Assembly (NCBI GenBank): GCA_964635715.1
Contig: CAZWNZ010000001.1
Location: 138,358-202,357 of the forward strand
Direction: 5' to 3'
Source of the DNA: an uncultured Gammaproteobacteria bacterium
GTDB lineage: Bacteria > Patescibacteriota > Microgenomatia > UBA8517
DNA: 64,000 nt
Program-made: the position numbers and the translations under genes
In this document: piece by piece, positions 46,782 to 56,219 of the stretch
How positions within the stretch are numbered: the stretch's first letter is position 1
Layout: each line of letters starts with the position of its first letter
The notes under the pieces: generated by a model
Seen by the model: only the letters and a program-made list of their open reading frames with translations
Told to the model about the DNA's origin: nothing
Database searches by the model: none

Positions 46782-46847
46782 TATATAAAATTCTATCAGG
46801 AGAAATTAAGCGATTCAAAGAATCTCCAAGGATGAATTTTATATTAC
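46782..46847 (+). promoter_or_regulatory. Conserved ~65-nt leader element, copy 2, upstream of the 2-hydroxyacid dehydrogenase gene
   Basis: AAATTCTATCAGGAGAAATTAAGCGATTCAAAGAATCTCCAAGGATGAATTTTATATTAC. uORF MNFILLK at 46832-46855. Confidence 0.4.
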
Positions 46848-46864
46848 TTAAATAAATTTAACTT

Positions 46865-47851
46865 ATGAAAGTATTTGTAACCAGAAAGATACCAGGTGAG
46901 CATCTTGAAAAGCTTAAGGAAGCGGGGTTTGATATATCAGTTTCAGAGTTTAATCGTGTTTTGACAAACGAAGAACTTTTGGAAGGTATTAGAGGTACCG
47001 ACGCTATCTTGAGTCTTTTGACGGATAAGATCGACGGTGATGTAATGGATGCGGCAGGCCCAGGTTTAAAAATAATTTCAAACTATGCAGTAGGTTTTGA
47101 CAATATTGATGTGGATGCAGCAACTAAAAGGGGGATAGTTGTTACGAATACCCCCTCAGATGAGGTTAATGAAGCAGTGGCTGAGCACACATGGGCGCTT
47201 ATTCTAGCTCTTTCGAGGCGTATTGTTGAGGCTGATGAGGCAACCCGTCATGGAGCATATAAAGGTTGGGAGCCGGACATATTTTTGGGTATAAACTTGA
47301 TTGGCAAAACTTTGGGAATAATCGGAATGGGTAGAATAGGATCCATGGTTGCCAGAAGGGCGGCGGGTTACAAAATGAATGTGCTTTACAACAAACGCAA
47401 TCCGGATCCAGAAGCGGAAAAAGCTTTAGGAATTAAATTTGCTTCAGTAGACGAACTGCTGGCTCAGAGTGATTTTGTAACTCTCCATGTTCCACTTACT
47501 TCCGAAACATACCATATGATGAACAAGGATGCTTTTGCAAAAATGAAAAAAGGATCATATCTGGTCAATACCGCGCGGGGCCCGGTTGTCGATGAAAGAG
47601 CCTTAATCGAAGCGCTTGGCAATGCCCAAATTGCCGGAGCGGCTTTAGATGTTTTTGATAATGAACCGAATATTTCACCCGAACTTACGGGTAACCAAAG
47701 AGTCGTAACAACACCCCACATAGCCTCTGCTACATGGGAAGCCAGAAATAAAATGGGGCAGCAGGCTGTCTCTGCAATTATTGATATTTTTTCCGGTAAT
47801 AAACCTCAAAATATTGTTGACGAAAAAGTATGGCCTGCCCGCAGACGCTAA
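46865..47851 (+). CDS. D-isomer-specific 2-hydroxyacid dehydrogenase (glyoxylate/hydroxypyruvate reductase-like)
   Basis: GKTLGIIGMGRIGSMVARRA NAD-binding motif; catalytic Arg/Glu/His region. Confidence 0.8.
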   Translation: MKVFVTRKIPGEHLEKLKEAGFDISVSEFNRVLTNEELLEGIRGTDAILSLLTDKIDGDVMDAAGPGLKIISNYAVGFDNIDVDAATKRGIVVTNTPSDEVNEAVAEHTWALILALSRRIVEADEATRHGAYKGWEPDIFLGINLIGKTLGIIGMGRIGSMVARRAAGYKMNVLYNKRNPDPEAEKALGIKFASVDELLAQSDFVTLHVPLTSETYHMMNKDAFAKMKKGSYLVNTARGPVVDERALIEALGNAQIAGAALDVFDNEPNISPELTGNQRVVTTPHIASATWEARNKMGQQAVSAIIDIFSGNKPQNIVDEKVWPARRR

Positions 47852-47890
47852 AGCGTCAGCTTTTGCAGGCGGTGAGTCTCTCGTGTAAAA

Positions 47891-48229
47891 TTGGCTATGT
47901 CGATATTTAAAAATAAAAATGAAGATTTTGAAGATGAAGACGAATTTGAAGAGGGGGAATCGGGAAATAGAAAATTTACAAAGAAGTTTAAGGATTTAAA
48001 ACCTGAAAATAAGAAAAAAAGAAAAGAACCTCCTAAACCGTGGGGAAAAAAAGAGAGAATGATTGTACTTATAATTCTTCTTATAACAACAGTTTTTTCG
48101 GCAATACTTTTGCTCAAGAACTCTTTAGGCACAGGACATAAAAAAAATAATTTTCAAATACCGAAAATTAACCTGGACTCGATAAATATTTTTAAAGGTG
48201 AGACAATAGTGATTGAAAAAACAGATTAG
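47891..48229 (+). CDS. Small acidic/Lys-rich single-TM protein
   Basis: Charged N-terminus and a TM helix MIVLIILLITTVFSAILLL. Confidence 0.3.
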   Translation: MAMSIFKNKNEDFEDEDEFEEGESGNRKFTKKFKDLKPENKKKRKEPPKPWGKKERMIVLIILLITTVFSAILLLKNSLGTGHKKNNFQIPKINLDSINIFKGETIVIEKTD

Positions 48230-48929
48230 ACAAATGAGAAAACTTGCAAGCCCCTTTGTTTTGATTAAAAAATCCTGGGAAATTTTTTCGATTAAAAAAA
48301 ACTTAGTTACCTTAGTACAATTGTATTTACCATTAGGATTAGTGTCGCTAATATCGTTATTGTTTGTTAAAATCCCGTTTTTATCTGATTTTTTAAAAAC
48401 CGACAATGGAAACACTGTTGTTGTCGCATTAGATCTTCTTTTTGCTGTGGTATCTGTTTTTGTTGGACTTGCCGGGATAATTGCAATTATCGAGATTACT
48501 AATGGTAAAAGCGTTCAGGTAAAGAAAGTTTTTAAACAAGCTACTTCAAAATTCTGGAAATATTTTCTTCTAGTGTTTGTTACCGGTCTGATATATGTAT
48601 TTGGTTCGATTTTACTAGTGTTCCCTCTAATATTATTTTTAACCTGGTTTGCCTTTGGCAGGTTTATATTTGTAGAGAATGGAACCGGAATTAAATCTTC
48701 GCTTCTGGAGAGTAAAAAAATGGTTAAGGGAATTTTCTGGAAAGTTTTTGCGAGACTTCTTGTTTTTGGAATTTTTTCCTTATGTATGGAAATCACTTTT
48801 GGAATGTTACCTCTAGGAATCGGGGATGTTGCCCTAAGGCTTTTGAGTGGTTTTTTCCTGATTCCGCAATATCTTCTTTACAGAGAGATCCTTTCGGGTA
48901 AAGAGCCTTCAAAAAACGAAATAGTTTAA
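48213..48929 (+). CDS. Polytopic membrane protein (hypothetical)
   Basis: About six hydrophobic helices. Confidence 0.4.
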   Translation: MKKQIRQMRKLASPFVLIKKSWEIFSIKKNLVTLVQLYLPLGLVSLISLLFVKIPFLSDFLKTDNGNTVVVALDLLFAVVSVFVGLAGIIAIIEITNGKSVQVKKVFKQATSKFWKYFLLVFVTGLIYVFGSILLVFPLILFLTWFAFGRFIFVENGTGIKSSLLESKKMVKGIFWKVFARLLVFGIFSLCMEITFGMLPLGIGDVALRLLSGFFLIPQYLLYREILSGKEPSKNEIV

Positions 48930-51157
48930 CGGTTGAATTCTGTACTGACTCCTGAATCTAAAATTTGGTTTTTGTTTTTTTGATTTGAGTTTAAAGTATC
49001 TTGCTTTATGATGCAGTGTTTGTTTGGAATATTTTCATCCAGAAACCATTCTTGTTTAGTGATACATCCGTTACATGGAAGGGTTCCTGTTATAGAACAA
49101 ATGTTAACTTTACTCACACCTTCCGGAATCTCCCAGTCAATAGAGGTTTGACCATTTAGTAGTGTCGACATGATTTTATTCCAAATAGGTGAAGCGCCGG
49201 TTACTCCGGAAGCAATTCGTGACATGGGAGAGTTATCATTGTTTCCAACCCAAGCTAATACCAAATAATTTTGGTTGTAGCCAATCGTCCAATTATCTCT
49301 AAGATCATTGCTGGTTCCGGTTTTTACGGCAACTTCCGGGTGATTTTTAACAACAAGATAAGAGTTGCTTCCAAATTCCGGTGTGCGGGCAAAGTTGTCT
49401 TTTAAAATATCAGTCAGAAGAAAAGCAATTCGGGGGTCGATTGTTTGCTGTACATAAGGATTATTTTTTTCCAAAATTTCTCCTTTATAGTTTTTTACCT
49501 CCAAAATTGGCATGAGCTCCGGTGTCTTGCCTGAGTTTGCTAATGTAGCATAAACTTTAGATAATTCGAGCGCCTTAACAGCTCCACCACCGAGGGTTAG
49601 AGACAAACCGTAGTTACTTGGGTCTCCCCATGTTGTTATTCCCATACTCTGGCCTTGTTCAATCATCTTGTTAACACCATACGAAGCCAGGACTTTTACA
49701 GCAGGAATATTGCGGCTTTCTGCCAGAGCGTTTCTCAGACTGATATTGCCGCGATACTTACCATCGTAGTTAACGGGAGAATAGGGGGTTGTACCTGCTG
49801 CATAAAAAGTTATTGGTGAGTCATCAATAATTGAAGCCGAAGTATACCCGTTTGATAAGGCGTATGTGTAATTTACTATTTTTATAGAACTTCCGGGTTG
49901 TCTGAGACTATTCAACACATTTACATTTCCGTCATTTTCTATATCAAAATAGTCTTTGGAACCTACCATTGCCAGGATTTCACCTGTCTGCGGATTAACT
50001 ACGAGCGCAGCCCCGTTTCCTACATTTAGTTTTTCCAGCTTTTTAATTTCATCGGCAACTATTTCCTGCCCTATTTCCTGGATAGATAAATCAAGACTGG
50101 TGGTCACTTCTAAGCCCCCTTTTTCCACAATATCTTCACCGTATTTATCGACAAGAATTTGTCTTACGTACATTACAAAATGAGGAGCTTTAATTTCGGT
50201 TTTTTTGGACGTAAAATAAATCTCCTTATTCGCAGATTCAATCGCCTGATCTCTGGTTATGTATTTATTAATTACCATGAGATTTAATATTTCCCTTTGT
50301 CTTTCAAAGGCTAATTCCGGATTTGAACCAAAAGGAGAGTATGTGGTTGGACTTTTAGGAAGACCTGCCAAAAGTGCTGATTCAGCTAAATCAAGATCTT
50401 CTACATTCTTTCCAAAATAATAATCTGCAGCTTCTTTTATACCATACGCAGTTCCTCCATAACTGACCTCATTTAGATACATTTCGAATATTTCGTCTTT
50501 GGTATATAAGGCTTCGATTTCGATAGATAAAATTATTTCCCTAACCTTTCTTATTATTGTCTTTTCGGGGGTTAGTAAAGTATTTTTAACCAACTGTTGG
50601 GTAATTGTTGAGCCTCCCTGTAAAGAACCTGTTTTAATATCCTGTACCATTGCTCGAAATATTCCTCTTACAGAAAAACCCGGATGTGTATAAAATTCGG
50701 CATCCTCGGCGGCTAGGGTAGCTAAACGTATTGTCTGCGGAATTTGTGCAATTGGGATAATTGTCCTGTTCTCATCTTTGTAGATCTTATAAAGCAGTTC
50801 TCCATTCCTATCATAAATTTTTGTCGATACTTCAGGAATTCTTGATGCAAGCTCTTTTGGTGATGGCATATCTTTTAGAATAAAAAAGTAAAATAAGGAA
50901 CAAATTAACAAAAGTACGGCACAAAAAATGGCAAATCCATATTTGCGCCTTGGATAAAGTTTCTTTCTTTCCTTACCTTTTTTAAGCAGAGGTTTTTTAT
51001 TTTTTTGTAATTTATCTGATTTCTTTTTATGCCCTGGTTTGAGTTTAATTAAACTGAGTTTTTTAATAGTCAAAACGGGTAAAATGGTTAAACCAAAAAG
51101 AAGAAAATATATAGGTTTTCCAATCAATGCCAATACCCGTTTTACCGTCTTAATCAT
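48926..51157 (-). CDS. Class A penicillin-binding protein (PBP1A family), copy 1
   Basis: GT51 motifs EDAEFYTHPGF and GGSTITQQLVKN. Transpeptidase motifs SSIK, SNG and KTGT. Confidence 0.85.
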   Translation of the reverse strand: MIKTVKRVLALIGKPIYFLLFGLTILPVLTIKKLSLIKLKPGHKKKSDKLQKNKKPLLKKGKERKKLYPRRKYGFAIFCAVLLLICSLFYFFILKDMPSPKELASRIPEVSTKIYDRNGELLYKIYKDENRTIIPIAQIPQTIRLATLAAEDAEFYTHPGFSVRGIFRAMVQDIKTGSLQGGSTITQQLVKNTLLTPEKTIIRKVREIILSIEIEALYTKDEIFEMYLNEVSYGGTAYGIKEAADYYFGKNVEDLDLAESALLAGLPKSPTTYSPFGSNPELAFERQREILNLMVINKYITRDQAIESANKEIYFTSKKTEIKAPHFVMYVRQILVDKYGEDIVEKGGLEVTTSLDLSIQEIGQEIVADEIKKLEKLNVGNGAALVVNPQTGEILAMVGSKDYFDIENDGNVNVLNSLRQPGSSIKIVNYTYALSNGYTSASIIDDSPITFYAAGTTPYSPVNYDGKYRGNISLRNALAESRNIPAVKVLASYGVNKMIEQGQSMGITTWGDPSNYGLSLTLGGGAVKALELSKVYATLANSGKTPELMPILEVKNYKGEILEKNNPYVQQTIDPRIAFLLTDILKDNFARTPEFGSNSYLVVKNHPEVAVKTGTSNDLRDNWTIGYNQNYLVLAWVGNNDNSPMSRIASGVTGASPIWNKIMSTLLNGQTSIDWEIPEGVSKVNICSITGTLPCNGCITKQEWFLDENIPNKHCIIKQDTLNSNQKNKNQILDSGVSTEFNR

Positions 51158-51210
51158 TGTTTCGCGAATTGTACCTCCGGAGCCTTTTCAATTCAATACA
51201 TAGAGCCAAA

Positions 51211-53424
51211 TTAGTAATGTAGAGTAGCTGAGGCAGAAGCAATTGGGCATGACAAGCAAAATATGGTTCCATTTGGGTCTGTATATATGGTTTTATTTTC
51301 TGTATGTATCTGGTCGGCAGGATCAGTAGGGGAAGCTATCTGTCCTGTGGCATTGTTGATAGAAATATCTTGATTAATTACGTTAACCGCTGATGGAACA
51401 GTTCCCTCCAAAAAGTATTCAAATCTTGTTGCACAGCCAGGATTGGCAGGATCTTGCGATGGAGAAGCACCACCCGTGTCCGCGCATATTGTTGCACCAA
51501 CAACACCATCAGGTTGCTTCGGCCAGGAATGACCTTTTTCATTTTCGTCATAAGCGCCGCTCTCTGCTTTATCTAAAACTGCTTTCATAATTTTGTTCCA
51601 AATTGGTGATGCACCGGATATTCCTGATACGGCTCCACCCATCGAAGAATTATCGTTATTTCCCACCCAGGACACAACAACAGCGTTAGATGTATAACCA
51701 ACGGTCCAATTGTCGCGTCTGTCGTTTGTTGTCCCTGTTTTGACGGAAACTTCAGAGTGTCCTGATACATTTAAATAAGAGCTTGATCCAAAGGCAGATG
51801 ATCTGGCATTGTTGTCGTAAAGTATGTGAGAGACTAGAAACGTAACACTGGGATCCAAAACTCTTGTTCCAGTCAGGCTATTTTCAGATGGATTATATTC
51901 CAAGATGGTGTTTCCTTTCCAATCAGTGACTTTGGTTATGGCTACAAGCGGTTGTCTGACACCACTGTTTGCAAAAACCCCGTAAGAGACTGCCATGTCA
52001 TATGGTGTAACTAAAAGTCCACCAAGAGTTGCGGAAAGACCGTAGTCAGATGCGTCGGTAATGGTAGTAAGACCCATTTCCTTGGTAAATTCAATAAAAT
52101 TCTTCACACCATTCAAGGCTAGTATTTTGACAGCAGGAATGTTGTAAGAGTTTCCAAGGGCGAATCTTGTTTGTACTAGCCCATGATATATTCCATCGTA
52201 ATTTACCGGGCAATAATTAGTTTGACCTGCAACTTGAAAACAGGTCGGAACATCAGCGAAGGTTGTTGCCGGTGTAATTTTTTGGTCTCTCAGAGCCAGC
52301 GCATAATTTAGAGGTTTTATTGAACTGCCTGGTTGTCTTTGGGCCAGCACGACATTAACTTTTCCGTCCTCATCGGTAGCAAAGTAATCCTTTGAACCAA
52401 CCATGGCCAGAATTTCTCCTGTCGACGGCCTGGTTACTATAGCCGCCCCATTTCCGACTTTTTGCTTCTTAAGTTTAGCTACTTCGGAGGCAACAGTCTG
52501 CTGTGCTAAATTTTGGATTTCCAAATCGAGCGTTGTATAAACTCTTAAACCTCCCTGTTCTACCATTTTTTCTCCGTATTCGTTCGCGAGCTGCTCTTTA
52601 ATCCAAAGGGCAAAATGTGTTGCCTGATCGGATCCTGCTGTAACATATTTCAGTTCTTTGTCATATGCAATATCTGCTTCTTCCTGGGAAATATAACCAT
52701 TGGCAACCATTTGCTTAAAGACCTCTTGTTGTCGGTTTTTGGCAAGTTCCGGGTGGGCACCGAATGGAGAATATGTAGAAGGTCTTTGGGGCAATCCGGC
52801 CAGTAGTGCGCTTTCGGCAAGATCTAAATCTTTTGTAGATTTTCCAAAATAAGTTTCGCTGGCTGCTTCAATACCGTAAGCAGTGCCACCATAGGGGATA
52901 GAGTTGAGATACATTTCTAAAATTTGATCTTTGGAGTATATTGATTCAATTACTACTGTTAATACCAATTCTTGAGCCTTTCTTCTAATGGTTCGCTCAT
53001 TGGATAGGAGTGAATTTTTAACCAGTTGCTGAGTCAAAGTTGAACCACCCTCTGCACGCCCTTGAGTAATTGTTTTTGATAATCCTCTCACTATTCCTAA
53101 AATGTCCACACCCTGATGCTTATAAAAATTTTTGTCTTCAATTGAAATTGTTGCCCATTTTAAATATTCAGGCACTTCATTTATGTCTATTGGGGTTCTT
53201 TTTTCATCCGTGTATATCTCGTAAATCAGTGTCCCGTTGCGATCAAAAATCTTTGTCGATACCGGAAGTGACTCAGATATTGCCCAGGTAAAGATCGGAA
53301 TTCCCCAAAAAAGATAAAGACAAACCGTTAATATTGTTCCCCAGAAGAAAATAGCCTTAATACCACGCTTGGTACTTAATAAGAGATTTATCTTTTTACC
53401 AACTATGATTGCAAATTTTTTCAT
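51211..53424 (-). CDS. Class A penicillin-binding protein (PBP1A family), copy 2
   Basis: GT51 motifs EDKNFYKHQGV and GGSTLTQQLVKN. Transpeptidase motifs SSIK, SYN and KTGT. Confidence 0.85.
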   Translation of the reverse strand: MKKFAIIVGKKINLLLSTKRGIKAIFFWGTILTVCLYLFWGIPIFTWAISESLPVSTKIFDRNGTLIYEIYTDEKRTPIDINEVPEYLKWATISIEDKNFYKHQGVDILGIVRGLSKTITQGRAEGGSTLTQQLVKNSLLSNERTIRRKAQELVLTVVIESIYSKDQILEMYLNSIPYGGTAYGIEAASETYFGKSTKDLDLAESALLAGLPQRPSTYSPFGAHPELAKNRQQEVFKQMVANGYISQEEADIAYDKELKYVTAGSDQATHFALWIKEQLANEYGEKMVEQGGLRVYTTLDLEIQNLAQQTVASEVAKLKKQKVGNGAAIVTRPSTGEILAMVGSKDYFATDEDGKVNVVLAQRQPGSSIKPLNYALALRDQKITPATTFADVPTCFQVAGQTNYCPVNYDGIYHGLVQTRFALGNSYNIPAVKILALNGVKNFIEFTKEMGLTTITDASDYGLSATLGGLLVTPYDMAVSYGVFANSGVRQPLVAITKVTDWKGNTILEYNPSENSLTGTRVLDPSVTFLVSHILYDNNARSSAFGSSSYLNVSGHSEVSVKTGTTNDRRDNWTVGYTSNAVVVSWVGNNDNSSMGGAVSGISGASPIWNKIMKAVLDKAESGAYDENEKGHSWPKQPDGVVGATICADTGGASPSQDPANPGCATRFEYFLEGTVPSAVNVINQDISINNATGQIASPTDPADQIHTENKTIYTDPNGTIFCLSCPIASASATLHY

Positions 53425-53494
53425 TTTAATTTTCGAAATACAATTATATTATATAGAGTATATATTAAACATTTTGATACAATAAATTATATAA

Positions 53495-54004
53495 ATGGAA
53501 ACACTTGAACAAATTAAATCCAGACCCTGGTGGGGCTACCTGGGAGAAGATATACAGAAACTTCTATCGACTTCAGAATTTCTTTATAGAATTGTACAAG
53601 AATGGGAAACTGATTTTCCGGAGGACGATAATAAGTTTCATGATTATTCATTTGTAGTTTTTCCTGCAGCAAAGGCCTATGAAGGTTTTTTAAAAAAGCT
53701 GTTTTTGGATTTGGGGTTTATTACGCAGGAGGATTATTATGGTAAGCGGTTTAGAATTGGCAAGGCATTGAATCCATCGCTTGAAAAAGCACTCAGAGAT
53801 GAAGGTGTTTACGATAAAATCGTCGATTTTTGCCATGGGAAGGCTCTTGCAGATAATCTTTGGGAAACATGGAGGCTTTCCCGTAATTTACTTTTTCACT
53901 GGTTTCCCAATGAAAAAAATACGATTACCCTTTTAGAGGCTAAGCAAAGAATAGAGATGGTGGTAAATGCGATCGACGAAGCATTTGAAGGGTGTAAAAT
54001 ATAA
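53495..54004 (+). CDS. Hypothetical alpha-helical protein with HEPN-like Rx4H motif
   Basis: LSRNLLFHW near the C-terminus. Its stop overlaps the start of the CPBP protease gene (ATAATGA). Confidence 0.3.
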   Translation: METLEQIKSRPWWGYLGEDIQKLLSTSEFLYRIVQEWETDFPEDDNKFHDYSFVVFPAAKAYEGFLKKLFLDLGFITQEDYYGKRFRIGKALNPSLEKALRDEGVYDKIVDFCHGKALADNLWETWRLSRNLLFHWFPNEKNTITLLEAKQRIEMVVNAIDEAFEGCKI

Positions 54005-54660
54005 TGAAGATGATTGTTGCCAAAACAAGAGTGGTAAAACATGTAGCTTTTTATTCGATTTATCTCCTTTTAGTGTGGAGTCTGTATCGTTTGGTCTTCA
54101 ATCTCTCCGATCAGGTTGAGGAGCTTGTTATAAAACCCGTTATTTGGCTTATTCCTATTTTTTGGTTGACATTTAAGGAGAAACTTCCAATATCTTCTTT
54201 CGGAATCACATTTAAAAATCTATTTCCATCTATTTATATTTCTTTAGGTCTTGGTGCGATATTTGTATTTGAGGCTGTTTTGACAAATTATTTTAAATAT
54301 GGGCATCTAAATTTTGCCGCAAATATAGGTGATTTACCGATATTTGCATCGCTTGGAATATCGTTTGCTACTGCTTTTTCGGAAGAAACAGCCTTCAGAG
54401 GTTATATTTTTGGTCGGCTTTGGTATTTTCTCAAGGATGAATGGGCAGCAAATATTGCCAGCTCACTTATTTGGACGGTGGTGCATATTCCTATTGCCTT
54501 TTTTGTTTGGAAGCTCAACTTAACATCAGGGCTTCTGTATTTACTTCTTACTGCAGTATTTGGAATAGGATCTGCTTTTGTTTTCGGAAGAACGAAAAAT
54601 GTCTTTGGTTCGGTTCTTTTGCATGTACTTTGGGAGTGGCCCATCATCCTTTTCCGTTAA
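54004..54660 (+). CDS. CPBP-family intramembrane metalloprotease (CAAX protease/Abi)
   Basis: SEETAFRGYIFGRL, HIPIAFF and LLHVLWEW motifs. Confidence 0.7.
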   Translation: MKMIVAKTRVVKHVAFYSIYLLLVWSLYRLVFNLSDQVEELVIKPVIWLIPIFWLTFKEKLPISSFGITFKNLFPSIYISLGLGAIFVFEAVLTNYFKYGHLNFAANIGDLPIFASLGISFATAFSEETAFRGYIFGRLWYFLKDEWAANIASSLIWTVVHIPIAFFVWKLNLTSGLLYLLLTAVFGIGSAFVFGRTKNVFGSVLLHVLWEWPIILFR

Positions 54661-54670
54661 ATTGATATCA

Positions 54671-55291
54671 ATGAAAAAATATATTCTAGCCTTGGGAGTT
54701 TTTGCCATCGCCTTCGTTGTCCTCCTAATCTCAATTTTTTATTCATCGGCGATTATTTATCCGGTTTCCGATACTCTTCCGCAAACAAACCCTGAGTCGG
54801 GAGAACCAACAATTAATTACACTCTTCCTTATGCAGGCAAAGTTTTACCCGATAGCCCATTGTGGCCGCTCAAAGCTTTAAGAGACAAGGTCTGGTTTGG
54901 AATAACGACATCTCATATTAGAAGGGCACAGCTGGCGCTTCTTTTTGCAGATAAAAGACTTGTTATGTCTCAGAAACTTTTTGAAAAAGGAAGGCCTGAA
55001 ATTGCAACATCAACTTTTACTAAGGCAGAAAAATATTTACCGATAGCAGTCGAGGAAGAATCGATTGCCAGAAGCCAGGGGATAAATACCGATGATTTTT
55101 TGGTACAACTAGCCACGGCAGCCTTAAAACATAAAGAGGTTGCGGAGGATTTGATATACTTAGCACCGGAAAATGCCAGACCCTTTATAATATCTACGGG
55201 AACATGTGCAGATAATGCTTATGAAATGGCCAGAAATGCCTTAAATTCAAGAGGAATCCCGGCCCCAAAAAACCCGTTTGAAAGGGAATAA
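54671..55291 (+). CDS. Secreted/anchored hypothetical protein (DUF5667-like)
   Basis: Signal/TM, then LPYAGKVLPDSPLWPLKALRDKVWFG. The ORF-track start at 54578 overlaps the CPBP gene. Confidence 0.4.
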   Translation: MKKYILALGVFAIAFVVLLISIFYSSAIIYPVSDTLPQTNPESGEPTINYTLPYAGKVLPDSPLWPLKALRDKVWFGITTSHIRRAQLALLFADKRLVMSQKLFEKGRPEIATSTFTKAEKYLPIAVEEESIARSQGINTDDFLVQLATAALKHKEVAEDLIYLAPENARPFIISTGTCADNAYEMARNALNSRGIPAPKNPFERE

Positions 55292-55500
55292 AAGCTTCTA
55301 TTGCTGTATTTTTTTGTACTGTTTTTTACTGGTCAAAAAAGTCCAAAAAAATATCTCCGCAAAAACTTCAGGAATTATTAAATACCCAGGCGTGGCTCAT
55401 GCTTAGGTTGATACATTTTGATTAAAAACTTGCCAGTTGACAGTCCAGCTGTAGTGTCGGACAATCGAAATCGTCACTAACTGTAGAGTATTTACTTTAC

Positions 55501-55959
55501 ATGTGTGAAATATTAAAAAGCATGAAATGTCCTTTTTGCGGCAAGGCCGACACAAGCGTTTTAGAAAGCAGGACGGTTGAAGACAGTGCTATTAGAAGAC
55601 GTAGGGAGTGTGCGAAATGCGGAAAACGTTTTACAACAATAGAGGCAGTTAAAAAAAGTTTTTTGTGGGTAATCAAAAAAGATGGTAGACGTGAGGTTTT
55701 TGAAAAAGAAAAGATAAAAAGGGGAATACTCAGAGCCATTGAGAAAAGACCGGTTTCCTTGGAATTGGTTGATGACATAGTCGATCAGGTGGAAAAAGAG
55801 ATGCTCAGAAGTGACAAACAGGAAATTACCACCAGAACGATCGGAAGTGCAGTCTTGAAAAGATTGAAAAAAATAGATAAAGTTGCCTGGCTCAGATTTG
55901 CAAGTGTTTATTTGGAATTTGAAGACTTGAGCGATTTTGAAAAACTTATTGAAAAGTGA
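55501..55959 (+). CDS. nrdR: Transcriptional repressor NrdR
   Basis: Zinc ribbon CPFCG...CAKCGKRF and ATP-cone domain. Confidence 0.9.
   Translation: MCEILKSMKCPFCGKADTSVLESRTVEDSAIRRRRECAKCGKRFTTIEAVKKSFLWVIKKDGRREVFEKEKIKRGILRAIEKRPVSLELVDDIVDQVEKEMLRSDKQEITTRTIGSAVLKRLKKIDKVAWLRFASVYLEFEDLSDFEKLIEK
55901..55957 (+). repeat. 57-bp direct repeat, copy 1 (the nrdR 3' end)
   Basis: CAAGTGTTTATTTGGAATTTGAAGACTTGAGCGATTTTGAAAAACTTATTGAAAAGT, identical to 56150-56206. Confidence 0.85.
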
Positions 55960-56149
55960 AAAGAACTTTAAAAGAACAATTTACTCGGTAATACTTTTTC
56001 GAAACCAGCATCCGGTGTTTTCTTTAAATGATTGTTTTGTCTGCCGGTGCTTGCGATCTCGACCGCCATAATATTTTTATTAAAAACGAAAAAATCCTAA
56101 GCGGTCTGCGATAGCTTTCTCAAAAGTACCGCCTCGATATTGTTCTTTA

Positions 56150-56206
56150 CAAGTGTTTATTTGGAATTTGAAGACTTGAGCGATTTTGAAAAACTTATTG
56201 AAAAGT
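56150..56206 (+). repeat. 57-bp direct repeat, copy 2 (immediately upstream of nrdJ)
   Basis: Perfect copy of 55901-55957. It would encode the same SVYLEFEDLSDFEKLIEK tail, ending in TAA instead of TGA. Confidence 0.85.
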
Positions 56207-56219
56207 AAGAAAAATAAAA

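Noticed and set aside
39721-46855. The two 65-nt direct repeats as attL/attR of an integrated island
   Set aside because: The 7 kb between them encodes core glycolysis and pentose-phosphate enzymes and surface paralogs, with no integrase or mobility genes. A cis-regulatory leader is more parsimonious.
55960-56150. Cobalamin riboswitch upstream of nrdJ
   Set aside because: The insert has CCGGTG and GC-rich helices but lacks the B12-box GCCACTG and the AGGGAA core. B12 riboswitches also normally control B12-independent paralogs, not nrdJ.
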